The notes beneath the pieces were generated by a model that was given only the letters and a program-made list of their open reading frames with translations, made no database searches and was not told the DNA's origin. DNA of 64,000 nt from the NCBI GenBank assembly GCA_963816395.1, contig CAWFKQ010000005.1, positions 463,648 through 527,647 on the forward strand, read 5' to 3'. Positions 62,035 through 64,000 of the stretch are shown here, piece by piece (position 1 is the first letter of the stretch; each line of letters opens with the position of its first letter). The translations under genes were made by a program, and so were the position numbers. Source of the DNA: an uncultured delta proteobacterium (GTDB taxonomy: Bacteria; Desulfobacterota; Desulfuromonadia; Desulfuromonadales; JACZKF01).

Positions 62035-63711
62035 ATGGAGAGGAAGCTGCGGGAAAGAGGGATAGCGCAACTGCTTGTTCTGGGATTGAGTCTGTTCATG
62101 GCCGCCTGCGGCAGCGATCAGACAGGAACCGTCGAGACCTCCTCCGCCGCCGTTCAGGCCGCTCAACTGCAAACGCCGGGCGACCCGGCGAGCATCGCCC
62201 TGGTCGGCTCCGACGCAACCGTCACCCTCACCTCCGACACCGCGTGGAATCTGTCCAAGACCGGATCGGTCAGCGGCAACACCGTAACGTGGACCATCAC
62301 CGCGACCGAGATCGCGACCGTCCCTGGGCAGCTCGTCGTGCAGGGTCAGATGACCGTCACGAACAGCGGCTCGGGTGCGGCGACGATCGGCAACATCCTC
62401 GTCAACCTCCAGACCCGTCAGGGCAACAAGTGGAACACGGTGTCGAGCGATGTCGCCGATGCGACGAACGGAGATGCGGCGACCACGGCTCACATTCACG
62501 CCGCCGCGAGCTCGGAGAACCAGTCGACGTTCTCGGAGAACGGCGCGTCGGGTCACCTGGAGTTCATGGACGCGACCGACAACACGGTGTTCTCGCTCGT
62601 CCCCGAGAAGCTGATCGGCCCGGGCGAGACCGTATCGCTCCTGTTCCAGGCGACGTTCGACAACAACACGCTCCACCTGTCAACCGGTACGTCGATCCGC
62701 ACCGAGACGATCGTCTCGTTCGGTAATGCGACCATCCACGGCAACAGCACGGCCAACGTCGACATCAACGGCAACGGGACGATCGATGACGACGAGGACC
62801 ACATCCGCAGCGTCCCCGCGCGCATCACGATGTCCGTCCCCGGTCAGACGAACGCGACCCTCCACCCGACCCTCAGCGACACCATTGGTGACATCTCGAC
62901 GACCGGCACGGCGAGCGTGTCGAACGTGACGTTCAACCTCGGTGCCACGTCCGGCACCGTCACCGCGACCGTCGATGGCGGCACCGATGGCGGCAAGGTC
63001 ACGAACTGCGCACACCTGACGGATCCCGGGATGACGGTGACGAGCGGTGCGTTCACGTTCACGCAGGTCGGCTCGCTCGATCTCCAGGCGTGCGACACGG
63101 AGGATGTCGATAGCACGCAGACGGGCTGCACGGCTGGAGCGCCCGGGTGTGGCTGGTCGACTGGCGACGAGAGGTCTTTCGGCCAGTTCCAATGGGACGC
63201 TTCGGCCGGTGGTGCGCCGGTGTTGACGACAAACTACAGCAGCGTCTATGCGAGTAGCGGCGGGCTGCTCACGGTCGGCATCGTCGGCGCCTCGACGTAC
63301 TCGATGACGTTCACGGGCTCCTCCTTCGTACTCGCATATCTACCCGCGACGGGCCCGGATGGGACGTTGTCGAGTGATCTGATCGATCCTACATCGAGTG
63401 CCGCGGGCCAGTTCGGCGGAGACACCGTCGCGCTGAAGCTCAACATCGACTATTCGGCCGCGGGTGCACTCCCCCACGCCGCGCCGACGCCCTTTGGAAA
63501 CTTGCTTCTGTGCAACGTCACGCCCGCTGGGCTCGACGGATCGACCGTCGGCGACCTCCTCGCGGCGGCGAACACGCTGCTCTCGGGAACTGGGTCTGCT
63601 TATTCGGTCGCCGAGATAGCGCCGCTCGTTCGCAACGTGAATGATGCCTTCGTCGGCGGGACACCATCAGCGTTTGCACAGGCTCATCTGTTCACGGGCA
63701 ACTGCCCGTAA
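62035..63711 (+). CDS. Large secreted T/S/G-rich lipoprotein of unknown function
   Basis: Lipobox MAAC then VETSSAAV; beta-rich; DINGNGTID Ca-binding-like loop; several Cys in the C-terminal half. Confidence 0.7.
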   Translation: MERKLRERGIAQLLVLGLSLFMAACGSDQTGTVETSSAAVQAAQLQTPGDPASIALVGSDATVTLTSDTAWNLSKTGSVSGNTVTWTITATEIATVPGQLVVQGQMTVTNSGSGAATIGNILVNLQTRQGNKWNTVSSDVADATNGDAATTAHIHAAASSENQSTFSENGASGHLEFMDATDNTVFSLVPEKLIGPGETVSLLFQATFDNNTLHLSTGTSIRTETIVSFGNATIHGNSTANVDINGNGTIDDDEDHIRSVPARITMSVPGQTNATLHPTLSDTIGDISTTGTASVSNVTFNLGATSGTVTATVDGGTDGGKVTNCAHLTDPGMTVTSGAFTFTQVGSLDLQACDTEDVDSTQTGCTAGAPGCGWSTGDERSFGQFQWDASAGGAPVLTTNYSSVYASSGGLLTVGIVGASTYSMTFTGSSFVLAYLPATGPDGTLSSDLIDPTSSAAGQFGGDTVALKLNIDYSAAGALPHAAPTPFGNLLLCNVTPAGLDGSTVGDLLAAANTLLSGTGSAYSVAEIAPLVRNVNDAFVGGTPSAFAQAHLFTGNCP

Positions 63712-64000
63712 CAGTCGACGCCGGCGAATACCGCCAGATCGCTCCGGCATCGCCAACTGCGATCACGTTGTTTGCGGCGGTCCCAGATACGGCGACCAGC
63801 GGCGTTGACACGACGAGCTCCCAGGCGGAAATATCGCTCGGAAGCGCCGATCCGTCGTAGTGGTAAACGCCACTCTCGCCCACGACGACGATGTCGTCCC
63901 GCTGCTGCCCCAAACCGCGACGCCCGTGGCGTTCATGGCGGACACGTCATGCCACGTGCCGTCGTAGTACGTCGCAGGCGTCGTGGCGACGTGTATTAGG
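63692..64000 (-). CDS. C-terminal part of a beta-propeller repeat protein (partial, frameshifted)
   Basis: YYDGTW...AVWGSS-DDIVVVGESGVYHYDG...W...LVAVSGTAANNVIAVGDAGAIWRY blade repeats. Confidence 0.65.

Overview
GC-rich bacterial chromosomal window. Gene content and style suggest a Desulfuromonadia/Geobacter-like organism (inference). Single-base frameshifts break many genes, including housekeeping ones (mnmA, iscS, iscU, ilvA, mtaB), so it is most likely an unpolished long-read assembly and not a decaying genome. Housekeeping content includes hflX (partial), fabI, dsbC, mntP, folA, a cyclophilin, ilvA, two hsp20 genes, an ABC-F ATPase and a cysE-iscR-iscS-iscU-mnmA-mtaB-rluA operon with an IscR-type operator on its promoter. 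Accessory content: (1) an AsnB-like + NadE-like + ACP + AMP-ligase operon near a PEP-CTERM gene; (2) a stress-type block with a ferritin-like protein, a secreted Q/G/Y-rich prion-like repeat protein, an unannotated small ORF, two tandem flippase-like paralogues and TIGR02587/TIGR02588-like genes; (3) a three-gene unit of CHASE2 adenylate cyclase, a giant secreted NHL-FN3-transglutaminase-like-TPR protein and a small secreted TPR protein, the best candidate for an undescribed signalling system; (4) a selenocysteine formate dehydrogenase (in-frame UGA plus SECIS) with no obvious Tat signal; (5) a foreign-looking, myxobacterial-style block at the right end. No rRNA, tRNA, CRISPR array or transposase was recognised. 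Family names come from motif recognition by eye, not database searches.
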